A stretch of 64,000 nucleotides of DNA. It comes from Albugo candida (Eukaryota). The DNA lies in NCBI GenBank assembly GCA_040437565.1, contig JBDOQK010000054.1, positions 186,001-250,000 on the forward strand, in the 5' to 3' direction. The position numbers and the translations under genes were made by a program. Under the pieces are notes generated by a model. That model did not search any database. It was not told where the DNA came from and saw only the letters and a program-made list of their open reading frames with translations. Of the stretch, positions 34,015-45,940 are shown piece after piece (the first letter of the stretch is position 1; every line of letters starts with the position of its first letter).

Positions 34015-35910
34015 TCAATACTTTCGATATTTCCAATACGATAATTTACCAACTAAAAGGTCGTAGCTGACGGCTATCGCAATATACGTCAGCACGTCCG
34101 TCCCACGACGTATATGAAGCCACTGTATGCGTTTATGTATATCTTTTGAGACACTTAGACAGCTGCTACAGATTTCTGATTCAACTGACGTATTCGCAGA
34201 CGAAATCTTGCTTGCTGTAACGTAATGCCGTAACTTGCTATTGGCGACTTCGGATTGCTCCATACGGATCGACGTCGTCACTAAACCTTGCGTGATAACT
34301 TCGGACATTAAAGAACACTGGTAGCCAGTTTTACGCTTTTGAACGAAACAGACGCACTCGCCACGTTCGTCGTTATCTTCACGACGATGCGCTAAGAGCT
34401 CTTCTTTGGGAATCCAGCGTCTGATGAGGACCATCGGAGACATCTGTACATGTTCAGCATATTTTCGCAAAGTTAAACGAAAAATTGGTCCGTGATCAAC
34501 AAGCTGGAACAGCCAATTTCGTCGCGATACGCGGACAACTTCAAATAGTTCATGCGAGCCAAATCCGAGAATTCTACATCGCTTTAGGCCACCAGTAACC
34601 TCAAATTCACGTTTATCTAGGATAAACACCTGCATTTGATGGAGAAGAATTAGATGGAATGTTTAACCAAAATGATTTCGAGTACCGTATCCGTATAGAA
34701 CGCCAAGGCATTTCTACCGCTCATTAATGATTCGCTTACCAAGTGCGAAACTCTGGCCGATTTGACGGATTCGGATTGTAAAGGCGAGCATTTCTTCGAA
34801 CAACATTTTCCGAATCGATGGACACAATTCAAATACATTTTGCACATACATTTCCCTGCTGAAGAACGCGCCAAGAGTTGTGAATACAAGTCGTACTGGT
34901 CTGACTCCTCATCAAATGAAAGCTGATTCAGCAAACGATCAATCTCTTCAAATAAATTCGATTCCTTTTCGGCTTTTATGGTGTCCAGATACACGGGATG
35001 CTTCAAAACACCGTCAATTTCACCAAGCGATTCCAAAACTTGCATGATTTCTGCAGATACTTTAGTATTACCAGCCCACATTCTCTTCAACTTTCTACTC
35101 AAACGAATGATATAAACTCTTGACGCAGCTTTGGATAATTAACATACCCACGCAGACCATTTGTCAAGTAGTGCGTTTCAACAAATTGAACTTGGTGGCC
35201 GAGCTTTGAATCTCCTCGAAGCGTATTATACATCTCACGAGCATCGGACGGCGTACATTTAAACTCATGCTGTGATTCGCCAATGGAGATCTGATACATA
35301 AAGTCGTCTTCGTCGCAGGGCTTTTTTCCTCGCTTCAACGCTTTTTTCCGGGTATTCTTGCTAGAACAAGTGGAAATCTCAATACGGCTGGACTGCACGT
35401 TTTCAGCTACAGTGAAAGTCAGCTAAAGAAGGATAAGAACGCTTCCGCAAACCCTACCTTGCAAAATTGGTTTGGGATCGTGCTGCTCGCAAAAATACGT
35501 TGCGTTTTGTAGGTTCGAGAGTGATTGTGCATCGCTTTCCGAATCATTGACTGAGATGCGTTGGTTCGATGGTGTTGCTTTCCATTCACAGGTCGACGGC
35601 GTATCCTTCAAACTCTCTGTGCAATCATTTTCCTCACATTCTCGTCTCGTTTTTCTACGCTCCCTTATATTATAAAAATGTACATGATCGTGATGTTTCA
35701 CGCTGCTTCGACGCAGTCGTTGATAGCTGGAGCGACTGGTACTACTACTATAACCGCTAGTGGCAGTGGAGGATGTATTGATCGATTCACTGGACCGCTT
35801 AGGTTTGAGCTCTTCTTGGTACCAACACAAAGGCTCGGAGGTCGTTATGATTTTTTTCAACGATCTCAAACTCGCTGCATCTCTCGTCACCATTTGAGGT
35901 GAGCATGGCA
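34015..35910 (-). CDS. Multi-exon hypothetical protein; exon boundaries unresolved
   Basis: Four consecutive same-strand ORFs (35423-35950, 35099-35398, 34650-35102, 34015-34635) linked by plausible short introns; no family recognised. Confidence 0.55.
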
Positions 35911-36106
35911 TCGATAAAATGTATGTGCAGCTGCCTCCAAAAGTGACCAATGATCATTCTAAAACTCTGAACGACAAAGTCCGCTTTTATGCATAAGTAG
36001 CGCAACTTTTCCTGGCTCTAACCCTTCCCACGCCCAGTATTCGCTTCATTCTTGTAACGATTCCTTCTTTGCTCTGTGTCATAATCGGTGTACAGTGGGA
36101 TTATCA

Positions 36107-38867
36107 ATGTGGGTGTCAATAGTATATTTAGTCTGCTGTCTTCCCGTGTACCTCGTGCAAGTACACGGACAGGCCGTTCCTTCTCTCTCGTGGTGTACGG
36201 ATTCAGCGAATACTGTTCTGACTACCTGCGGTCAGGCATGTGAGACCGATCAGCCCTGTGTTCAGTACGCAAAGAGAGCAAGCTGTATTGATGCATCTCG
36301 TAATGAATGCAAAAGCCGCGTTGTGGATGGATCAGCGTGTGTGTATCAATGCTTAAACACCGCCTACAATACGGCTGCGTCCAAATTCACGCTGTTTGTG
36401 AAAGAGCCAAAAGCTACCGATCACTTTGACTCGGAGGGGACGGTCTCATCATCGGCATTTCCCTCCGCTACAATCACGTCCATTTCCAGTTCTGCTTTCT
36501 CTTCTGAAGTTCGGAATGTGTACGTGACGTTCTTCTTGTGATCTATCATTGAAAATGATCCATTTTTTGTAAAGCCAAATTACGGGATTTGATAGCACAA
36601 GTGTGCAGAAAGGATCCATAAAGTCTGTCGATTTGACCAAGAAACCATTCAAGGATGCTGATCTGCTAGAAACACTGTACGTATCGATATACGTGCACCG
36701 ATCTCGACGCCGACTGACGTGTTTTCGATTTGAAGCGTGCTGACCAATTTGGACCTTTCAACGTTCCCGGAAGACTTGGTATCAAAAACGACGCTTGTAT
36801 CCCTGTAAGCGTCACATCGATTACTCTTTACAAGGATTCTCATAGATCGAAATGCGTAGATGGCTCGAGAACTGTAATTTGATCGAATTGCCCGCATTCC
36901 TTGCAGCTATCTCTGGACTAACAGAATTGTTAGTTTGACCATGCATCATGCTTCTCGCTATCACTGACCTACTATTTACGTAGGATCTTGTCGAAGAACA
37001 AGCTGGAGAGCCTATCTGACGGCAAAAAATATGCAAAGGCTCTGGAAGCAATTACAAATTTGTACGTTTGTAGTTTTTGATTTCATGAGCTGAAATGTAA
37101 AGTGGCTAAATCAAGAGATCTGAGTGAAAACTCCTTAAAGTCTTTCGATTGGAGTCTACCACAAGTGACGTCATTGTAAGTGCTGGCTTCCCAGTCTCTT
37201 TGACGTGATTTACAAGACTCGAAGATCTTAGTGGAGTATGACAGAAACCTGGCAAATAATGCGATTTCATCATTCCCGACAGTCATATTCACGCTATCAA
37301 AACTCAATACTTTGTATGAAGCGGATTCCAACGGCTTTATTATCGTACTTATATTGCCTTCCAACTAGGAATCTTAATGGAAATCAGATAAATAAGCTCA
37401 CGATTACGACGACTCAAGCAAACTTTCTGAAGCGGCTGGACGACGATACAAAACTTGGAATACTAAGCATGAGTGGGTCTTGTGGTAGTAAGGCAACTGA
37501 ATTGAAGATACACGATTCTATCGTATGCATTGATGACAGCAGCGGTACGTCGCGCTTGTATCTATCGATATACAGCTGCTCATTTTCCATCATCAGGATC
37601 GAACAAGACTACTATCATAGCCGTATGTGTCTCTTTGGTCCTTACCTTACTGCTGGTGCTCGGTGTATTCTTTTGGTTTCGCCGCAAAAAACGCAATTTG
37701 GAATATCTTAACAGCCCGACGTTTGCAACCATGGAACGTGCTGGAGGACGGGTATCAAGAGTACGTTCGGGGTCGGGAAGGAGAAGCTCGATAGCATTTA
37801 CAGTGCCCGATACGCCTCCTCAGATAAGGGAGCCGCATCTTGCTATCGCGAAGCGCGTGGACATTGGTCTTGGTATACCGAGTTGGGATAGAAAAGATCA
37901 AAGTGGCTCTACAGCTCGCTGGCTCCAGACCGATAAAGGCTCGCACGGTCACACAAGCAACTCTGTAGCTATAAATGAGGTTCCACAAAGGCGCAGTAGT
38001 TTGACTTCGCGTCAAATAAGTCCGAATGTCGTGCAACTTTCAAAGAAAGATATTGTTTTTACTCGGCGACTGGCGAAAGGAGCTTTTGGCGAAGTATGGC
38101 TCGCACAATTAGAAATGGGATTTGTTGCTGTCAAGAAATTGATCACCGTCGACACCCAATCTATTGCTGGATTCATTGCAGAGCTGAATCTACTCGCCAG
38201 CTTTAATCACCCACGTATAATTCAACTGATTGGCGCGACATGGGATGAAACCTTTTCAGATTTGCATATTGTGACCGAATACATGAATTGTGGTGATTTG
38301 CTTACCGTTCTTCGGCAAAAGTCGCCCGTCGAACTCACGTGGACAGACGGCAAGGCGTTGTATTGCCTACAGATCTGTGAAGCAATATGCTACCTCCACA
38401 GTCTGCAGCCGGCTCTGATTCATCGTGACATCAAATCACGTAATGTCTTGGTTGATTCTGCGAAAGGAGCTAAATTGACCGATTTTGGAGAATCACGTGA
38501 GCGTACTTTTCAGCATACAATGACAGCTGGAGTTGGTACAGCAAGATGGGTTGCACCAGAGATTATTCTTGGCGAAGACTACAGCGAGCTTGCTGATATT
38601 TACTCATTTGGGGTACTGCTATCCGAGCTCGACACTCACATGATTCCATACGAGAACTCGGATATCAAAGAAGAAGCTATGATAGTTCAACAAGTAGCGG
38701 TTGGGAAACTGCGCCCCAGCTTCAGTGAATCATGTCCCGACATTATCAAGCGGCTCGCACACGAGTGCTTACAGTTCGATCCAACCCTCCGACCACCTGC
38801 TTCGAGGCTGCTGCAATCGTTACTTTCGTCACCTCTGTTGCAGCGTGCAGCCAATTTGTCGTCGTAG
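36107..38867 (+). CDS. LRR receptor-like kinase (TKL group): signal peptide, Cys-rich N-terminus, LRR mini-exons, TM, kinase
   Basis: Signal peptide MWVSIVYLVCCLPVYLVQVHG; LRR-like exons; TM IIAVCVSLVLTLLLVLGVFFWF followed by RRKKR; GAFGEV, VAVK, HRDIKSRN, DFG, WVAPE. Confidence 0.9.
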
Positions 38868-39604
38868 GACTATTGAAGTTTTATACAGCCGGTCAGTTCC
38901 TAAGAATTAGATATGCATGTGGTGCTTAATGCAATTTGTTCGATCGCACACATCTCGTGACTGTGCATCTCTGAAGCAGACTGCGACCGCACTGGTAATG
39001 CGTAAGACAGTTTTAGCGTACCTGTGGGCGTGTAAGTCGCAAACGTTGCAAACAACATATTCGATATCGCGGAGAGGCAACGTCACAAATTATGTGAAAA
39101 TCTTGTAAGTCTAAGTATTGTTCTACCGCATGCTGTCGACTTACCGAAAATGAAGGTCAGCGAACAGCTACCTGTAAGCTAGCGGAGCGGCTTTTGGATT
39201 GGATTAAATGTAAATTGAGAATAGTGACTCGGTGCATCAAATGAGATCTCACAACGTTTATTTAAGGTGTATCTCCTACGTCAGGTCCTGCCTTCTAGAG
39301 CATGACGAATGAGTATCTACGGATTTTTTCTCTTAAAAATAAATTTTGAAGGCGCATATTTTCGTTACAATCCATCTATTGACATGTACTCTACTCTCAT
39401 TTGTATTCGAGAGAGAAAGTGTCGTACTTTGTATACACTGTGTAACCATAAAATTGAACGATATCTTAATCATTCCTCGGATGATAACTCACAACAGAGC
39501 AAAAAATCTGCTTCAGTCGAGCATTCAGGTAATTATCTAGGATAGTCATGAAATCGAGAGGTAAAAATCACAAATCTGATATTCTTCTTGTGCGCATTAA
39601 AACT

Positions 39605-40991
39605 CTAATGAGGCTCTTCACTTATAAGCAGCGAGGGATCAGCGTAAGAGAGCTCTGCAGAGAAGCTCGGATTCTTATGTGGGTCACAATACTGGGTATC
39701 CGTTTGAGGGTACGTAGAGACAACGGTGCTTTCAATTTTCTGTCGCTTTGTCATTGGGATCTGATAATGCGATGGGTAATTGAAAGCTGCTTCTTCTCTA
39801 CTGATACCCTTGGCTTCTACCATGGCTATAATCGCGTCATGATCAGCTCTTGCACCGGCTTGTTTCGCGACTGGATTCGGATCGTCGTATGCCCAGCGTA
39901 TGTTGAGCACTTCGTTATTTCCCAGAGATTGATTGCCCATTGCTTCCTTTGCAAATTCAGCACTTGTTCGATATCGATAGCGCACAAAGCAAATTGATAA
40001 TCTGTGAATCACATTGATGTTCTCCACTTCACCCCAGTCGGTGAATTTTTCGTATAATACGTCCTCTAGACGCTTTGAATCATCATTCACATTTCTTAAC
40101 CCACCCACATACAATGTTCTTGAATTGCGATTAAAATTGCCAACTCCGGTCATATCATCACGATCTGTAGCATGTCGCTCTCTTCCAAAGCAATCGTACA
40201 TCATTCCGATGCGCGTTTCATCTGCGATGGTGGGAATTCGATGGTAATAGTTACACTCGGAGCCGCGTGCACACATTCCACGCGCAAAATGCAAACAGAA
40301 GTATCGATTGGCTTTGCTGACAATATCAGCTTTTGTCTTCCCAGCATCTGATTCGGGGTCACAAAGTGTTGTGGCTGGTTCTTTGCTTCGATCGTTTGCC
40401 CAATGATCCCCAATATATTTATCGTACCATATATTATATTCCAGAGCTCCTTCCAGTTGTGAGTTCTTTGTAGGCAATTCGTTTATTTGTTTGCGTGCTG
40501 GTCGACTCAGATACTTTTTGTTCAGCTCTGCGTATTTGTTTGCATTCTCAGTTCCCGCTTTGCCCCGTCCAAACCATCCTGTTGCTGCAAAAATCAAAAT
40601 ATTTTATGAGTAAAAGAGATACAAAGCCCTCAGCAAAGCTGATAGAAATCACTAACGACTTACAATGCGGCGCTGCTCCCATTTCTGCCGGGCGTTCCCA
40701 TTGCGTCTTATTGGTATCGATATTGTAATAATAAATCTTGTTTGTGGCAACGTCCAATGCTTCTCTCCATTTATGCTTATCTCCCGTACTTGTGCTGATC
40801 AAAGCATCGTTTGCTGCTTTCTTTGGTGCACGACAGCGAAAACATCGTTCACGGCGCGGATAATTTTCATGCCGACAGTCCTCACATATCCAGTTCTTCT
40901 CATAGACGGCATATGCTGCGCCAACGTCCCCCAGAGTCGCTACAGCTGTGATTTTGCGAGGCAAATTATTGACCGCATTCAGTTCCGCCAT
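39605..40991 (-). CDS. CWC2: Pre-mRNA splicing factor Cwc2 with N-terminal RanBP2-type zinc finger and WW domain; intron 40585-40663
   Basis: WICEDCRHENYPRRERCFRCRAPK; WREALD...YYYNIDTNKTQWERP; RPARKQ, YNIWYDKY, FCLHFARGMCARGSECNYYH, RTLYVG, AEFAKEAM, RWAYDDPNP. Confidence 0.9.
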
Positions 40992-41389
40992 CCGGCTGCC
41001 AAAATCGTTTTTATTCAAAGCCACTACTTATCATGTAATCGAGGTTATGGATTTTGGGAACTGGTTGGTTGGGCATTCTCAGCTCCCTCACGTATCAAAA
41101 TGGCAGGCAAACAGAGTCCAATGCGGATTTTTCTGATGCTTCCCATGATCTATTTGATGGGAAAAGTAGACTTCGAAAATATGCTTATTCTCAACTCTGC
41201 GCGTATTGCCTTCTTTTCCGTTCAAACTATATCATTACTACTTGGATTGTATATACGCCATCTCATTAAAGTAAGGAACGATCGACAAANNNNNNNNNNN
41301 NNNNNNNNNNNNNNNNNNNNNNNNNNNNNNNNNNNNNNNNNNNNNNNNNNNNNNNNNNNNNNNNNNNNNNNNNNNNNNNNNNNNNNNNN

Positions 41390-42720
41390 AGCACTTGTTC
41401 GATATCGATAGCGCACAAAGCAAATTGATAATCTGTGAATCACATTGATGTTCTCCACTTCACCCCAGTCGGTGAATTTTTCGTATAATACGTCCTCTAG
41501 ACGCTTTGAATCATCATTCACATTTCTTAACCCACCCACATACAATGTTCTTGAATTGCGATTAAAATTGCCAACTCCGGTCATATCATCACGATCTGTA
41601 GCATGTCGCTCTCTTCCAAAGCAATCGTACATCATTCCGATGCGCGTTTCATCTGCGATGGTGGGAATTCGATGGTAATAGTTACACTCGGAGCCGCGTG
41701 CACACATTCCACGCGCAAAATGCAAACAGAAGTATCGATTGGCTTTGCTGACAATATCAGCTTTTGTCTTCCCAGCATCTGATTCGGGGTCACAAAGTGT
41801 TGTGGCTGGTTCTTTGCTTCGATCGTTTGCCCAATGATCCCCAATATATTTATCGTACCATATATTATATTCCAGAGCTCCTTCCAGTTGTGAGTTCTTT
41901 GTAGGCAATTCGTTTATTTGTTTGCGTGCTGGTCGACTCAGATACTTTTTGTTCAGCTCTGCGTATTTGTTTGCATTCTCAGTTCCCGCTTTGCCCCGTC
42001 CAAACCATCCTGTTGCTGCAAAAATCAAAATATTTTATGAGTAAAAGAGATACAAAGCCCTCAGCAAAGCTGATAGAAATCACTAACGACTTACAATGCG
42101 GCGCTGCTCCCATTTCTGCCGGGCGTTCCCATTGCGTCTTATTGGTATCGATATTGTAATAATAAATCTTGTTTGTGGCAACGTCCAATGCTTCTCTCCA
42201 TTTATGCTTATCTCCCGTACTTGTGCTGATCAAAGCATCGTTTGCTGCTTTCTTTGGTGCACGACAGCGAAAACATCGTTCACGGCGCGGATAATTTTCA
42301 TGCCGACAGTCCTCACATATCCAGTTCTTCTCATAGACGGCATATGCTGCGCCAACGTCCCCCAGAGTCGCTACAGCTGTGATTTTGCGAGGCAAATTAT
42401 TGACCGCATTCAGTTCCGCCATCCGGCTGCCAAAATCGTTTTTATTCAAAGCCACTACTTATCATGTAATCGAGGTTATGGATTTTGGGAACTGGTTGGT
42501 TGGGCATTCTCAGCTCCCTCACGTATCAAAATGGCAGGCAAACAGAGTCCAATGCGGATTTTTCTGATGCTTCCCATGATCTATTTGATGGGAAAAGTAG
42601 ACTTCGAAAATATGCTTATTCTCAACTCTGCGCGTATTGCCTTCTTTTCCGTTCAAACTATATCATTACTACTTGGATTGTATATACGCCATCTCATTAA
42701 AGTAAGGAACGATCGACAAA
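41390..42720. other. Assembly artefact: apparently exact re-copy of 39960-41289 after the gap
   Basis: Identical ORF translations offset by 1431 bp on either side of a 100-N gap. Confidence 0.9.
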
Positions 42721-43601
42721 GTATTTTTGTGCCCTCGGCGACGTCGCCTTTGGATGCAACACCAAATTACGATCAAATGAACGAAACGACTTATTTTGAT
42801 CACGAAAATGCAAAAGTAAATGAATTCTTGAAGCAAACCTGTATCGGCGCTCTCATTTCATCGGTCATTCATTTCAAATTTGGGGTCAATCAAGTTGTCG
42901 TTATTCAGTCGGTGATGGCCCCACTCAATTTGTATGACAATCCGCTGGTAAAAAAATATATTCTCAGGAGTTCAACCATTCGTATTTGGAATGAGTTATT
43001 GCATGGGGAGACGCCGCAGCAAGCAAAGGAAGCTATATGTGGTGGAGTTGCAGCTTCTTCGTCCGAAAATAAAGCTTTGAAGGACCTTGGACCAGCTGAA
43101 GCAATATCGAAAACGTTCTCGCTTGAGGAAAATGCAGATTATGATGCTTTGTTTGAAGTAGTCAAAGACGACTTGAACGCGAAAACTTCCGAGGACGGCT
43201 GGACAGCACTGATGGTTGCTTGTAGCTCTCCGGTCGATACAAGCCAGTTTATCAAGCGAATGGTGAATCAAGGTGCGGATGTCCTTGCTACAGATAATGA
43301 TGGATGGACAGCACTACACTGGAGTGCATTTCATGGTCGTCCGGAGGCAGCTGAAACACTACTAAAAATTGCTGAGACTAACGTCATAAAGAAGCTCATT
43401 GAAATGAAAGCCATTGATGGAAGAACTGCGGAAAGCATTGCCGAAGAAGAGGGGAATAATGAGATTGTGGATATATGTCGCGCAGCCAGAGATCGTGTGG
43501 AAGCTGACTCGACAGAATTCGATGAGGCGGGATCCGAGGATATTACGTTGCGTCAACGAAAATATGCGCCCATCCACTCACGGATGAACGATGTTGATTA
43601 G
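42531..43601 (+). CDS. Pho88/SND3-domain membrane protein fused to ankyrin repeats
   Basis: KVDFEN..ILNSARIAF...IKVRND..IFVP...TTYFDHE..KV...LK..IG..I..VIHFKFG..Q..VIQSVM.PLNLYDNPLVKKYI (Pho88-like), then DGWTALMVAC and DGWTALHWSAFHG (ankyrin). Confidence 0.82.
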   Translation: MAGKQSPMRIFLMLPMIYLMGKVDFENMLILNSARIAFFSVQTISLLLGLYIRHLIKVRNDRQSIFVPSATSPLDATPNYDQMNETTYFDHENAKVNEFLKQTCIGALISSVIHFKFGVNQVVVIQSVMAPLNLYDNPLVKKYILRSSTIRIWNELLHGETPQQAKEAICGGVAASSSENKALKDLGPAEAISKTFSLEENADYDALFEVVKDDLNAKTSEDGWTALMVACSSPVDTSQFIKRMVNQGADVLATDNDGWTALHWSAFHGRPEAAETLLKIAETNVIKKLIEMKAIDGRTAESIAEEEGNNEIVDICRAARDRVEADSTEFDEAGSEDITLRQRKYAPIHSRMNDVD

Positions 43602-44492
43602 AAGGTTGTATTCACTAAGTACATTTGATTCTTGAATGATAACGTAAATCTAAGATTCTCGTCCGAAAACTAGCACCACTGCGGATTTTAGCATGCAGAG
43701 AGAGATACATTCAGGCGTATGAAATCAAGATCATTTGAGAGATACAGAGCCGAGTATGAGAGATTCTCAGTCATGTGTTTTATAGAAAGCATTGCTGATC
43801 GTGTCCATATTCGTAATTTGTAATGCTCAAAGCAACAAGCTACCACGTTTACGGCATTGCTTACGTATTCTTACAATTAAATCCAGTTAGCACCTCATAG
43901 TAACGCGATCGCCGTATCGCAGAATCACGGAATCGTGATATCCCGGTTATGCGCAGCCCTATTCGGTCAACAGTTAGACAAAACGCTGTCAGGTATGCTA
44001 CTTGGACAACTTCTATGGCCAATATAGATCGTGAATGTAGCTCCCTCGTTTGAGACACATTTGACCAACGGCTGAGACATTAATTCAAATTCATTCAACG
44101 TTAAAAATCACCTGGCAGATTTGATAAAATACGACTATCGCGGGGTGGATTGGAAGTAACGTTGCCATTGGAGTAGTAAGTGCAAATTCTGATCCATCAA
44201 AGCGCACGAAGACGTTCTATTACATCTATACGCTCCAGCCTGATTGTTTGACATGCACCTTCATAACCCTAAAATCATCCATGTTCAATATACGCATGAA
44301 GCACGATCCGAGAAGCCAACGGTACGTATGAATGAGAAACGCAATTTNNNNNNNNNNNNNNNNNNNNNNNNNNNNNNNNNNNNNNNNNNNNNNNNNNNNN
44401 NNNNNNNNNNNNNNNNNNNNNNNNNNNNNNNNNNNNNNNNNNNNNNNCATCTTTTCATTCTGAAATAATCGACCGAGGAAGCGCACAGGACC

Positions 44493-45940
44493 ATGAAAGC
44501 TCTACAAATACGAATTTATGGTGCTGCTATGCTTGGAGTATTTCTGGCGTGTTACCATTTCGTGGGCGCACAATACATGAATTTGTATCCCATAACAGCT
44601 GAGGGGCCAAGTACGGTGCCACAACGAGGATTACGGGTCGGTATTCAATTAAACACACAAAATGAAAGGCAGTATGAACTGTTTCCGGTTAAATCATATT
44701 CCAATAGTCAGTATAAACTGTTTCCGGTTAAATCATATTTGTTCGTTTTTCTCATTTGCGAAGAAGACATAAATGCAGCTTTTTCTCGCTTTCATGAAAC
44801 TCCCCGATCCCCCATGATCATTGAAGGCGCTTCTCACATGGCAATCTTGTGCGACCTTCACAAGGAATGCCCCGTACCGACTCTTTCTACAATGAAAGCG
44901 ATGTCACGTAACCCTTCGAATACCTTGGAGCAACAATATGTAGCTGGCTGGGTAGTGGAAGAGTCGTTAGTGAAGCAGATGACCAAGAATGTAGCTGATT
45001 TGAGGACCTTAACCACCATGGATCCTCTCGTTTACATCACGTTTAACCGCGGGATATATTCATTTGTAATGGAAAAGGTTCCACGACTCTATTTGTACGA
45101 TGTGCATTCTGCGGACAATGACTTCATAAAAGAGACACACCTCTTGAGCGCAGCAATCAAATTTCATGGATCTACGGAATCTCGACATGTAGTTGAATTT
45201 CGGCCCGGTGACGAAATGACCTTAATTCCGAAAATAGTATGGGACACGTTGGCCCCCTATTTTTACGGATTCAAGAAAGAAATGGGTCGCTACAAACGAT
45301 CTTGCCCAGATGAGGCAGCATACAACAAAATCGTCCTTCACACTCAATCAACGCAAGAGTCCGCTCTACCCCCGCTCAACGTGCTTGTGGACACCTTTGA
45401 GTTACTTTTCAAAGCCCAGGAATATGTGGNNNNNNNNNNNNNNNNNNNNNNNNNNNNNNNNNNNNNNNNNNNNNNNNNNNNNNNNNNNNNNNNNNNNNNN
45501 NNNNNNNNNNNNNNNNNNNNNNNNNNNNNTCTACGGAATCTCGACATGTAGTTGAATTTCGGCCCGGTGACGAAATGACCTTAATTCCGAAAATAGTATG
45601 GGACACGTTGGCCCCCTATTTTTACGGATTCAAGAAAGAAATGGGTCGCTACAAACGATCTTGCCCAGATGAGGCAGCATACAACAAAATCGTCCTTCAC
45701 ACTCAATCAACGCAAGAGTCCGCTCTACCCCCGCTCAACGTGCTTGTGGACACCTTTGAGTTACTTTTCAAAGCCCAGGAATATGTGGTCTTCACCAAAG
45801 AAAATGGTAAAGGCAAGTGTGTTATGGATATTGCTCCGAGCCCAAACGATATACTGGTGTTGGGATCTTCATTCCTAAAAGCTTATTCTATCACCGTCAA
45901 TACACTTGGTGAACAGAGATTGTATAGATTCTCTAAGTAA
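44493..45940 (+). CDS. YMxL-family copy E, apparently intact 362-aa secreted pepsin-like pseudo-protease
   Basis: Signal peptide, then QYMNL. VVEFRPGDEMTLIP; CPD...LPPLNV....FELLFKAQEYVV...KCVMDIAPSPNDILVLGSSFLKAYSITVN. Removing the 359-bp gap overlap gives a 1089-nt open frame. Confidence 0.8.

Noticed and set aside
42096-42530. N-terminal 145 aa of the 501-aa ORF
   Set aside because: Mostly the antisense shadow of CWC2 exon 1; the real start is more likely MAGKQ at 42531.
39960-42720. Apparent tandem duplication of CWC2 and the Pho88-ANK 5' end
   Set aside because: Apparently identical sequence either side of a 100-N gap: unmerged contig overlap.
45171-45789. Internal repeat in copy E
   Set aside because: Exact 259-bp gap-flank overlap; merging restores one frame.
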